From positions 85,725-149,724 of the forward strand of contig JACPZE010000020.1 in NCBI GenBank assembly GCA_016195685.1: 64,000 bases of DNA, read 5' to 3'. Source of the stretch: Candidatus Gottesmanbacteria bacterium. GTDB taxonomy: Bacteria; Patescibacteriota; Microgenomatia; 2-02-FULL-39-11. The notes under the pieces are model-generated. The model made no database searches. It worked only from the letters and a program-made list of their open reading frames with translations, and was not told where the DNA came from. A program made the position numbers and the translations under genes. Positions 29,717-39,023 of the stretch are shown one piece after another (position 1 is the first letter of the stretch; every line of letters starts with the position of its first letter).

Positions 29717-31393
29717 ATGAGAAGACTCTTTTTTGTCATTGCGATCTTATTTTTGGCTTTTATACTTCGCTTTTATAAATTAGGACAAGTTCCTATTTCC
29801 CTTGAATGGGATGAGGTTGCTCTTGGTTATGATGCTTATTCAATTTTAAATACTGGTAAAGATCAATTCGGAAAATTTTTCCCTTCAACTTTTCGCTCAC
29901 TTGACGATTATAAACCTCCTATTTATGAGTATGCGACTGTACCGCCTGTTGCGATATTTGGATTGAATGAATTCGCAGTCAGATTCCCATCAGCGCTGTT
30001 TGGAACATTAACTGTATTATTGACATATTTGCTAGTTAAAGTTATTTTCGACCAAATTCCTCAATTTAAAAAAAGTTCTCTAAATATAGCACTAATAGCG
30101 TCTTTTTTATTGGCTATTTCTCCTTGGCATCTGCAGTTTAGCAGAGCTGCTTTTGAAGTTAATTTATCTGTTTTTATTACTGTTGCAGCGCTATTATCAT
30201 TTTTTATTGGGCTGAAAAAACCAAAATATTTTTTACTTTCCTCATTTCTATTTGGGTTTGATTTATTTTCTTATCACAGTACTAGAGTCATCACCCCTCT
30301 TCTTTTAATATTCTTATTTTTTATTTTTAATAAAAACTTGCCCTCAAGAAAAACAGTTTTGGGCTTTTTAGCAATTTATGGTTTGTTTTTCTTAGGTTTT
30401 ATTCCAATATTATTATCTCCTGATGCACAGATAAGATTTAGAGCCACGAACATATTTAATCCTGGAGCCAGATATACAGATGAGAAAGATTTGCCGAAAA
30501 TTTTTCTAGATAAGAGGCTAGAAGATAAAAATGCTGGTTTTGAATTAGCAGGAAAAATATTTCACAACCAACGCTTGATTTATACCGATTATGATACTCT
30601 AAAGAAAGCTTTTTTCAAGTATCTTTCACATTTTGATTTTGAATTTTTATTCGTAAAAGGAGATGCACCTCTCCATCATGCTCCGGATTTTGGTCTTCTC
30701 TATCTTTGGGAATTTCCATTCTTAATTACCGGTCTGTTTTTTATGTTTAAAAATGGATTGAATAGGTATTCTGTTTTTTTGCCTATTTGGATGTTACTTG
30801 CTCCACTTCCTGTTGCAGTTACCCGAGAGGCACCTCACGCGGTCAGATCAGAACTTATCCTGCCTACTTTTCAAATTTTTACTGCAGTAGGATTGATTGT
30901 ATTTCTTAATAAAATTAAGAATGAATCTCATTGGGTAAAATTTTCCCTAGTTAGTTTAGCTGTATCTTTACTGATGATAAATAATTCCAATTATTTGCAT
31001 CAATATTTTGTCCATACAAATTATGATCTATCCAAATATTGGCTTTATGGGAGAAAGGAAGCAGTAGAGTTTACAGAACAAAATAAAGTAAATTTTGATA
31101 AAGTTTTGGTATCTATGAAGGTCGATATGCCTTTTATATTCTGGCTATTTTATAGTAAATATCCTCCTGAAACGTATTTGCATGAGGGGGGTACTGTTTC
31201 CGGTGGTTTTGCTAATGAGAGAAATCATTTTGATAAATATGAATTCCGAAATTTTGATTACAACAGTCTACCGTCAAATGAAAATCTCCTTTTGGTAGGA
31301 ACGCCGGATAGTTTTCCAGATGATGCCAAAATCCTGAAAACTATTTACTATCTTGACGGGACTCAAGCATTGAAAATCGCTGCCAATAAATAA
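29717..31393 (+). CDS. GT-C glycosyltransferase (ArnT/PMT-like), array copy 1
   Basis: LR, WDEVALGYDAYSIL.TGKD, DYKPP.Y, PWHLQFSRAAFE, FHN, HF..EFLF, PHA.R, W.YG.K. ATG 29717 preferred. Confidence 0.82.
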   Translation: MRRLFFVIAILFLAFILRFYKLGQVPISLEWDEVALGYDAYSILNTGKDQFGKFFPSTFRSLDDYKPPIYEYATVPPVAIFGLNEFAVRFPSALFGTLTVLLTYLLVKVIFDQIPQFKKSSLNIALIASFLLAISPWHLQFSRAAFEVNLSVFITVAALLSFFIGLKKPKYFLLSSFLFGFDLFSYHSTRVITPLLLIFLFFIFNKNLPSRKTVLGFLAIYGLFFLGFIPILLSPDAQIRFRATNIFNPGARYTDEKDLPKIFLDKRLEDKNAGFELAGKIFHNQRLIYTDYDTLKKAFFKYLSHFDFEFLFVKGDAPLHHAPDFGLLYLWEFPFLITGLFFMFKNGLNRYSVFLPIWMLLAPLPVAVTREAPHAVRSELILPTFQIFTAVGLIVFLNKIKNESHWVKFSLVSLAVSLLMINNSNYLHQYFVHTNYDLSKYWLYGRKEAVEFTEQNKVNFDKVLVSMKVDMPFIFWLFYSKYPPETYLHEGGTVSGGFANERNHFDKYEFRNFDYNSLPSNENLLLVGTPDSFPDDAKILKTIYYLDGTQALKIAANK

Positions 31394-31404
31394 TTTCAAA
31401 AACC

Positions 31405-32268
31405 ATGAAGGGCAAAATTTTATTCTTAGGTATTTTGGTATTTACAGCGGTCACAAGACTATTTCTCTTAAATAAAATTCCTCCTTCGATTAATTCGTCC
31501 GTTTATATTTGGCGCTTACTTTCAGTGTTTGCCTGTCTGATCAGCACGATTGTTGTATATACCTTGGTGAAGATGAATGTACGAAAGAAGAAGATTGCCC
31601 TTTTATCTTCCTGGATATTTGTGAATTTACCCTGGGTATTTGAGCAAAGTCGGATTATATCTTCTCCAAATTTAGCATTAACTTTGGTATTACTAATTAT
31701 GCTTTTAGTGTTAAATACCAAATATAAATTAAGAGTAGTTTTTTTATTATTTATTCCTGTTATTTTTTTTGTAAGTTATCCTAAAATGTGGATTTTTCAC
31801 GCATCTGAATTCAAATTTAATTACATTAATTTTATTAATAATTTATTTATGTTATTTTCTTTTGATTTCCTTTTTTTCAAAAATTTTACTTTTTGGTGGG
31901 GAGGAGTAAAGGAATTTGGAGTTATGTTCACGGCGTTTTTGCCATTTTTTATTGTTGGTATTTATGAAATGATAAACAGACAGGAATTTAAATTATTATT
32001 ATTGATAGTTTTTTTTGGAATTTTTTCAGCCTTAAGTCCATACTTTCCTGAAAGCCGCGAATTCTATCTAGCTGTACCTATAATTTCATTCATAACAGCG
32101 CTAGGTATTTATTGTGTCACGCAGAAAATGAAATCGGTTAACAGATCTATTTTAATATTTATGATTTTTTTGATATTGTATGAATCAGCACAATTTTTTC
32201 ACTTCTATTTTATCCATTATCCACAACAAATCATTAGTAATGTTTCCCAAATACATGAATCTTTCTAA
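31405..32268 (+). CDS. Shortened GT-C paralogue lacking the DE loop and C-terminal domain
   Basis: Intact 287-aa ORF that keeps TR...IPPS, PW...QSR, F..DFLFF, YF.HYP landmarks of its neighbours but not DE/GYNAY/KPP. Confidence 0.6.
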   Translation: MKGKILFLGILVFTAVTRLFLLNKIPPSINSSVYIWRLLSVFACLISTIVVYTLVKMNVRKKKIALLSSWIFVNLPWVFEQSRIISSPNLALTLVLLIMLLVLNTKYKLRVVFLLFIPVIFFVSYPKMWIFHASEFKFNYINFINNLFMLFSFDFLFFKNFTFWWGGVKEFGVMFTAFLPFFIVGIYEMINRQEFKLLLLIVFFGIFSALSPYFPESREFYLAVPIISFITALGIYCVTQKMKSVNRSILIFMIFLILYESAQFFHFYFIHYPQQIISNVSQIHESF

Positions 32269-33916
32269 CAAGACTTACTTTTTATTAATTCTAATTGTTA
32301 TTCTTGCAGCAACGATAAGGCTGATTTGGTTGGATAAATATCCTTCCTCACTCTATTCTGATGAAATAGATCAAGGCTATAATGCGTATTCGTTGATGCT
32401 GACAGGTAAAGATGAACATGGAGTTTACATGCCTGTATCACTTCGATCTTTTGGTGATTGGAAGCCACCGTTACCGTCATATTTCATGATTCCATTTATA
32501 CGCTTAATAGGACTTTCGGAAGTTTCTGTAAGAATGCCATCAGCTCTACTAGGAATCATTACAATTATTCTTATTTTTTTCCTGACCATGGAATTATTTT
32601 CCGATCAGGAAAAACGCACGAAAATTGCTTTACTTTCTTCCTTCTTTTTATCTATTTCTCCTTGGGATATTTTACAAAGCAGAGCAGCAATGTTGGTGGT
32701 AACAGGATTATTTTTTCTAGTATTTGGCGTATATTTATTCATGAAAGGCTTAAAAAATAGTAAATTGCTTTATCTTTGTGAGTTATCGTTTGCATTGTCT
32801 ATTTATTCTTACTATGGCCTCAGAGTTGTCATCCCAGTTATTTTGATAACCTTACTTTTCTCTTTTAAAAAGCGCTTATTAGGCACGCTTACCCACAAAG
32901 ACTTTTTAGGTCTATTTATTCTTGGGTGCATATTACTTCTTCCTCTCCTTATTTCCTTTATAAAACAACCTGATGTGATTTTCGGTCGAGCAAAAACAGT
33001 AAGTATCTTCTATGATCAGGGAATAAATCTTAGAAAATGGGAATTAATTACGCAGGATGGAATTAATGCAAATCCCCTTATCACGCGTTTATTCCATAAT
33101 AATTTTTATATGTATGGAAGAAATATTCTGCAAAGATTTTTATCGCATTTTGATGGACGTTACTTATTCATGATTGGTGATACTTCTCAACCATTTCAGA
33201 TACCAAACATGGGTATACTGAATTTTACGGATTTATTTTTTATACCCTTGGGATTATTAGTTATATTTAAGAAAAATTATGCGTCACGCTGGTTAATTTT
33301 TTGTTGGATAATTGCAGGAATTTTACCATCCGCTTTTACTTTTGTTACGCCTTCCAGTAATAGGACTTTTAATGCAATTGTCATTTACTCTATTTTAGTT
33401 GCAGTGGGTACATTTTATTTCGCAAGAATATTATCCAAAAGATTATTGGGTATATTTGTTATATCTCTACTTTATTCTTTAAGTTTCGGATATTTCCTAA
33501 ATCAATACTTTGTCGAGTTACCAATTAACCATGCTGACTGGTGGAATTACGGTTGGAAACAGGTAGTAGAAATGGTAAAAAACAAGGAGGATAAATATAA
33601 CAATATAATAGTTCCAGATGTAAACGGAATGCCATATATCTATTTTCTTTTTTACGAAAAATATTCTCCAGAAGAATTTCAAAAAAGAGCTATCAAAACA
33701 TATATAGCTGATAGATTCGGATATGAGCACGTGGAGGGTTTTGGAAAATATTTGTTTCCAAATGAATTTGATTGGAATTTTATCAAGAAAAACAGTTTAG
33801 ATAAACACGCCTTGTATATTGTACCGGAAGATTTAGCGAAAAGCGATACTAATTATATTAATGCCATTTATTACCCAAATGGTAAAATAGCCTTTAAGAT
33901 ATTTGCTTATGAATAA
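32255..33916 (+). CDS. GT-C glycosyltransferase, array copy 2
   Basis: SDEIDQGYNAYS...TGKDE.G, SFGDWKPPL, PW...QSR, FHN, HFD..YLF, W.YG.K, PYIYFLFY. ATG 32255 preferred. Confidence 0.8.
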   Translation: MNLSNKTYFLLILIVILAATIRLIWLDKYPSSLYSDEIDQGYNAYSLMLTGKDEHGVYMPVSLRSFGDWKPPLPSYFMIPFIRLIGLSEVSVRMPSALLGIITIILIFFLTMELFSDQEKRTKIALLSSFFLSISPWDILQSRAAMLVVTGLFFLVFGVYLFMKGLKNSKLLYLCELSFALSIYSYYGLRVVIPVILITLLFSFKKRLLGTLTHKDFLGLFILGCILLLPLLISFIKQPDVIFGRAKTVSIFYDQGINLRKWELITQDGINANPLITRLFHNNFYMYGRNILQRFLSHFDGRYLFMIGDTSQPFQIPNMGILNFTDLFFIPLGLLVIFKKNYASRWLIFCWIIAGILPSAFTFVTPSSNRTFNAIVIYSILVAVGTFYFARILSKRLLGIFVISLLYSLSFGYFLNQYFVELPINHADWWNYGWKQVVEMVKNKEDKYNNIIVPDVNGMPYIYFLFYEKYSPEEFQKRAIKTYIADRFGYEHVEGFGKYLFPNEFDWNFIKKNSLDKHALYIVPEDLAKSDTNYINAIYYPNGKIAFKIFAYE

Positions 33917-35654
33917 TAAAAGGTTTTTATTGGGGATGATATTTTTGTTAGGATTAATTCTTCGATTTTGGAATCTTAAAGAAGCGCCTCCTGGACTTAA
34001 TAGAGATGAAGCTTCTATTGGATACACCGCATATTCACTTCTAAAGACTGGTAAAGATGAGTATGGTAAATCTTGGCCGATTTCATTTAAATCTTTTGGG
34101 GACTGGAAACTCCCTTTATATATTTATGTTGATATACCTTTCATAAATTCTTTAGGAATGACAGATATATCTGTAAGGTTACCCTCTGCAATATTCGGTA
34201 GCCTTACAGTATTTATCGTTTATTTTCTATCAAAAGAATTATTCAAAAAAGCAGAACACCTCCCATTATTATCGGCTTTTTTATTTTCTTTTTCCCCCTG
34301 GAGTATACATCTTTCACGAACTGCATCAGAAGCAAATGTAGCTGTTTTTTTTACGGCTTTGGGATTTTTATTTTATTTGCGGACTTCTAATATATGGAAT
34401 CAATTATTGGGAACAATTTTATTGTCTTTATCATTATATACATATCATGCGAATCATATATTTACACCTCTTTTATTTGCTGGGCTGGTCTTTTTTGCTT
34501 GGAGAAAAAATCGTTATCTGAAAACTCATCTTATTCCAATTTTCATTTTTTGCGTTTTAAGTTTTTTTATTTATAGCCAGACACTATTTAGTGCAGATAA
34601 AACTAAAATATCAGGATTATTTCCCGTTTCCGACCCATCTCTAGTATATGAAAAGGTAATTACCGATAGGTTGCAACATGTTAAGTCTCCAATATTTTTA
34701 TCAAATTTATTACATAACAAATTGCTTTTTATAACAATGTCAACGTTGCAAAATTATATTAAAAGTTTTTCTCCAGAGTTTTTATTTATTACCGGTGGAG
34801 GCAATGATCAACATAATATACCTGATTTTGGTAACCTATACTTGTGGGAAGCCCCATTTTTAATTCTCGGTTTTTCTTATTTTCTTATTATGAGAAGCGA
34901 AAACAAAAATATTATGCTTTGGTGGATATTGATTTCTCCAATTGCCGCAAGTATGACTAAAGATGCACCACATACAGCCAGAATGGCTTCCATAATTCCA
35001 TTATTTGAGATTCTCATTGCAATCGGAATTCTTAAATCAATAGATAATTTAAAACGAAGAGAAAATTATTTTCTTAGAATGTTTATTCCCATTGCGACTT
35101 TCTTATTTTTTATAAACTGTATTATTTGGGCGGATCGATATTTCATCCATTTTCCTCTTAAGCGTGTTTCGGAATGGGGAGAAGGATACTCGAAATTATT
35201 GACTTACCTGAAGGAAAATAATAATTTTGTTGCCAAGGAAATCGTAATGTCCAGACCGGAATATTCACCTTATATATATTTCCTTTTTTACAATTCAGTT
35301 GATCCTAGTTATTATCAAAATGCAGCAGTGAGATATCCGGAAACTGAAGAAGGCTTTCAGCATGTAGCCAAGTTTGATAATTATTCTTTTCGACAAATAG
35401 ATTGGACTGGAGATTTGGCAATACCAGATAGATTATACATTGAATGGAGTGAACAAATACCCAAGAGTGCAACTAATAGTTCGACGCTTATTACAAAAGA
35501 AGTAATGATGCAATTAATTAAGGACAATAAAAATCTATCCAACTTAAAAATTGGAGACATTATTATAAGTGAAAAAATTGGAGATATTAAACTACAAAAT
35601 AATAAATTTATGTTTTCACTTATCAAGACGTCGAAGCAGAATGAAAAAAACTGA
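33909..35654 (+). CDS. GT-C glycosyltransferase, array copy 3
   Basis: RDEASIGY.AYSLLKTGKDE.G, SFGDWK.PLY, SRTASE, HNK, FSPEFLF, PH..R, PYIYFLFY. ATG 33909 preferred. Confidence 0.8.
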   Translation: MNNKRFLLGMIFLLGLILRFWNLKEAPPGLNRDEASIGYTAYSLLKTGKDEYGKSWPISFKSFGDWKLPLYIYVDIPFINSLGMTDISVRLPSAIFGSLTVFIVYFLSKELFKKAEHLPLLSAFLFSFSPWSIHLSRTASEANVAVFFTALGFLFYLRTSNIWNQLLGTILLSLSLYTYHANHIFTPLLFAGLVFFAWRKNRYLKTHLIPIFIFCVLSFFIYSQTLFSADKTKISGLFPVSDPSLVYEKVITDRLQHVKSPIFLSNLLHNKLLFITMSTLQNYIKSFSPEFLFITGGGNDQHNIPDFGNLYLWEAPFLILGFSYFLIMRSENKNIMLWWILISPIAASMTKDAPHTARMASIIPLFEILIAIGILKSIDNLKRRENYFLRMFIPIATFLFFINCIIWADRYFIHFPLKRVSEWGEGYSKLLTYLKENNNFVAKEIVMSRPEYSPYIYFLFYNSVDPSYYQNAAVRYPETEEGFQHVAKFDNYSFRQIDWTGDLAIPDRLYIEWSEQIPKSATNSSTLITKEVMMQLIKDNKNLSNLKIGDIIISEKIGDIKLQNNKFMFSLIKTSKQNEKN

Positions 35655-37260
35655 TATTTTACTTATTCTAATTCTAATTTTATCAATAGCGTTGCGTTTT
35701 TTTTATCTCGGCAAAATCCCTAATGGGTTTTATAGTGATGAGGCAGCTTATGGTTATAATGCCTATTCGATACTCAAAACAGGTAGAGACGAATATGGTA
35801 ATTTTTTACCACTGGCATTCAAATCATTCGGAGATTATAAAGCTCCATTATACATTTATTTTATGGTACCCTTCGTTTGGATTTTTGGACTTACAGAGTA
35901 TTCGGTGAGACTTAGTTCAGTAGTTTTAGGTATAGGAAGTATTTTTCTCATTTACCATCTGACAAAAAAATTATTTCAAACTAATTCTATCCCATTGCTT
36001 TCCGCTTTTTTAATTGCGACTTCACCTTTTGCTCTACAATATAATCGTATGGCGCATGAAAATAATCTTGTTTTATTTCTAATTACATTATCGATATTAC
36101 TCTTTTTTATATCATTCAAAAAACCAAAATACCTGATATTATCACTGATTACCTTTGCAGGAAGTATATACGCTTATCATGATACGAAAATATTTACTCC
36201 ACTTATACTGGTAACTTTATTTATACTATATAGAAAAAATATACGGATCAATAAATATACCACCATAAAGGCAATCATAATATTTCTTCTTCTCCTTGCG
36301 CCATTTTTCAAAAGCATAAATGACAAAAATAACTGGTCAAGAGCTCTATATACAAATATCTTCACTGATAAAGGTATAGTTTATGAAATAAATCAAGAAA
36401 TAGGAGAAAATATAGAAAGTGGTTTCAATGCTCCTAAAATATTCCATAATAAAGTAATTTCTTATACCCAGAAATTAATAGAAAACTATCTTAAGCAGTT
36501 TTCTCCAGAATTTATCTTTATTTTTGACGATCCAACAAAAATATATCAAATTGGCGGAAGTGGAATTTTATATCTAACAACCTTGCCTTTTCTCCTTTTA
36601 GGTATATATATATTTTTCCGAAAGAATTTAAATCATAAATGGTTAATTTTTCTTTGGCTAGGGATTTCTCCCTTACCAGCGGTTTTCACAAGGCTTGTTC
36701 CTTCCTCTAGTAGGATAATATCTTTTTTACCTGTCATTTCAATTATTATCGCAATAGGATATTTGTCTTCATTACCATATATTAAAAATAATTTCTCCAG
36801 GAAAATATATATAATAATTTTGTCTGTTATTTTTACATTAAATATAAGTTACTATCTGCATTATTATTATTTTAATACTCCCATCCGATTCGCTCATGAA
36901 TGGCATTATGGCATGAAAGAAGTGATTGGAGATGTTCTGAAAGTCCAAAATAAATATTCCCAGGTATGGTTTAGTAAAACTGCCTGGGGTTATATTTATC
37001 CGCTTTTTTATATGAAATACCCTCCAGATATATACCAAACTCAAGCAAAACTATCTGCATTAAATGAATTCGGATTTGGCTGGATAGATAATTTTGGAAA
37101 ATATACCTTTGCAGATATTCCGGATAAGTTGTATAGACGACCGGAAGTTTTATACATAGGTGATGTTTCTGATTTTCCGGATATCAAGAAACCGTTGAAT
37201 ACGGTATATTATCCAGACAATCATGTAGCCTTTTATTTAGCTGATCAAACGTCATTTTGA
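35641..37260 (+). CDS. GT-C glycosyltransferase, array copy 4
   Basis: SDEAAYGYNAYSILKTGRDE.G, SFGDYKAPLY, NRMAHE, FHNK, FSPEF, W.YG.K. ATG 35641 preferred. Confidence 0.8.
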   Translation: MKKTDILLILILILSIALRFFYLGKIPNGFYSDEAAYGYNAYSILKTGRDEYGNFLPLAFKSFGDYKAPLYIYFMVPFVWIFGLTEYSVRLSSVVLGIGSIFLIYHLTKKLFQTNSIPLLSAFLIATSPFALQYNRMAHENNLVLFLITLSILLFFISFKKPKYLILSLITFAGSIYAYHDTKIFTPLILVTLFILYRKNIRINKYTTIKAIIIFLLLLAPFFKSINDKNNWSRALYTNIFTDKGIVYEINQEIGENIESGFNAPKIFHNKVISYTQKLIENYLKQFSPEFIFIFDDPTKIYQIGGSGILYLTTLPFLLLGIYIFFRKNLNHKWLIFLWLGISPLPAVFTRLVPSSSRIISFLPVISIIIAIGYLSSLPYIKNNFSRKIYIIILSVIFTLNISYYLHYYYFNTPIRFAHEWHYGMKEVIGDVLKVQNKYSQVWFSKTAWGYIYPLFYMKYPPDIYQTQAKLSALNEFGFGWIDNFGKYTFADIPDKLYRRPEVLYIGDVSDFPDIKKPLNTVYYPDNHVAFYLADQTSF

Positions 37261-37391
37261 AAATATGAAAGATTAATCTGCTAAATTTATTTAAGTTAAT
37301 CCATTAAATTATAGATTTATGGATAAATACGGTATTATAAATGATAATAAAGATATACATAAGATGACCGAGTAGGAGATTTTATAACCTT
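37261..37391. promoter_or_regulatory. Largest intergenic gap; putative promoter/operator region with SD
   Basis: 131 bp AT-rich; palindrome AGATTAATCT (37270-37279); imperfect inverted repeat 37299-37324; AGGAG at 37374-37378. Confidence 0.35.
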
Positions 37392-39023
37392 ATGAAGACC
37401 AAAGTATTATTTATTTTAATTATTTTATTAGCCTTTCTTCTTAGGACTTACAAATTGGATAAGTATCCGGGATTATTATATGGTGATGAGCAGGCTTTTG
37501 CCTGGAATGCTTATACAATATTGAAGATGGGAACCGATGAATTTGGGACGCCATACCCTCTTGAATTCCGTTCGTTTGATGATTATAAAGCCCCGATACC
37601 AGTTTATCTTCTTGTTCCCTTTATTAAGTTTTTGGGATTTAATCCTTTTGCTATCAGACTGCCGATTGCATTGGCTTCAATATTCACAGTAATTGCAGTT
37701 TACTTTTTCGCAAGGTTATACTTTAACCAAAAAGCATCTTTTATTATTACATTTCTTATGGCTGTGTCAGCATGGCATATACATTTATCGAGGGGATTTT
37801 TTGAGAGCACCCTTGCCTTGCTATGGTTTATACTCGGGGTTTATTTTTTCGTCAAAGACAAGCCTAATACAAGAAGGACTCTTCTGAGTATGACTTTTTT
37901 CGCTTTATCAATATATAGCTATTTTACACCAAGACTATTATTACCCTTATTTCTATTATTTCTTTTATTTTTTCAAAGATCTTATATTTTTTCCACCGGT
38001 AGGTTTTTATTTACCAACATAAAAATTTATATAATTGGCTTCCTTTTTCTTTTTGTTATTTCTCTGCCGCTTCTTCAGGTGACATTTTTCGGCCAGGGTC
38101 TTTCAAGGATGAAGAAACTTAATGAAAGTACAAATAATCTTATTGCCGAAACAGTAAAGCATGATAGATTTGCCACTAATCTGGAACCGGAATGGAATCG
38201 CTTCTTTCACAATAAGCTTACTGTTTGGGTAAGGTTATTCAAGGATAATTATTTAGAGCATTTGTCGGCTAATTTTTGGTATATATATGGAGATAGTTCT
38301 TTGCGGTATTTTACCGGCAATATGGGGATGTTTTACCTTATAGAATCTCCTTTCTTTATATTTGGTTTATATAACTTATGGAAAGAGAAGCGACGGGCAG
38401 CAACATTATCCTTAGGCTGGATATTACTTGCTCCCATTCCTGCTAGTTTGGTCGGACGCCCTTTTGCTTTAAGAAGTTTAGCTATGTTGCCGGTACCATT
38501 TTTTATCGTCGGATTTGGTATATATAAAGCAACTCAATATTTTAAGCAAATATTTATAAATTTGATTTTGAGCGCACTCATTTCTATTGCATTTATTACC
38601 TCTCTTTGTAGTTTATCTATTCGGTATTATCTGGAATATCCTGTATATGCGGCTACCTGGTGGGGTTGGGAAAATAAAGCAGCGTTTGATTTTGCAAAAG
38701 TGAGAGAATCAAACTTTGATAATATTTTTATTTCTGATTTTTATACAGGTTCAACCTTGGCTTTTGCTGTATATACCGGATACGACCCGAAAGAATATAT
38801 ATACTCAATAAATCATCCAGTTGTTTTGGCGGATGGAAGGCACCTGATTAAATTGGGTAAATATTATTTCGGTTCTTTAGACATCGATAGCAAAAGACTG
38901 CAGGAAGGGGTTATTCCACCACGTAGTTTATATATTGGTCGACCTGAAGAAGCTGATTCGGCTCTCCAAATTAAAGCTCCAGATGATGGAAGGGTAATAT
39001 TTAAAATATATGAGGTAAGGTAA
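37392..39023 (+). CDS. GT-C glycosyltransferase, array copy 5
   Basis: GDEQAFAWNAY.ILK.G.DE.G, FRSFDDYKAP, WH...SRGFFE, FHNK, H....F. Confidence 0.8.
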   Translation: MKTKVLFILIILLAFLLRTYKLDKYPGLLYGDEQAFAWNAYTILKMGTDEFGTPYPLEFRSFDDYKAPIPVYLLVPFIKFLGFNPFAIRLPIALASIFTVIAVYFFARLYFNQKASFIITFLMAVSAWHIHLSRGFFESTLALLWFILGVYFFVKDKPNTRRTLLSMTFFALSIYSYFTPRLLLPLFLLFLLFFQRSYIFSTGRFLFTNIKIYIIGFLFLFVISLPLLQVTFFGQGLSRMKKLNESTNNLIAETVKHDRFATNLEPEWNRFFHNKLTVWVRLFKDNYLEHLSANFWYIYGDSSLRYFTGNMGMFYLIESPFFIFGLYNLWKEKRRAATLSLGWILLAPIPASLVGRPFALRSLAMLPVPFFIVGFGIYKATQYFKQIFINLILSALISIAFITSLCSLSIRYYLEYPVYAATWWGWENKAAFDFAKVRESNFDNIFISDFYTGSTLAFAVYTGYDPKEYIYSINHPVVLADGRHLIKLGKYYFGSLDIDSKRLQEGVIPPRSLYIGRPEEADSALQIKAPDDGRVIFKIYEVR

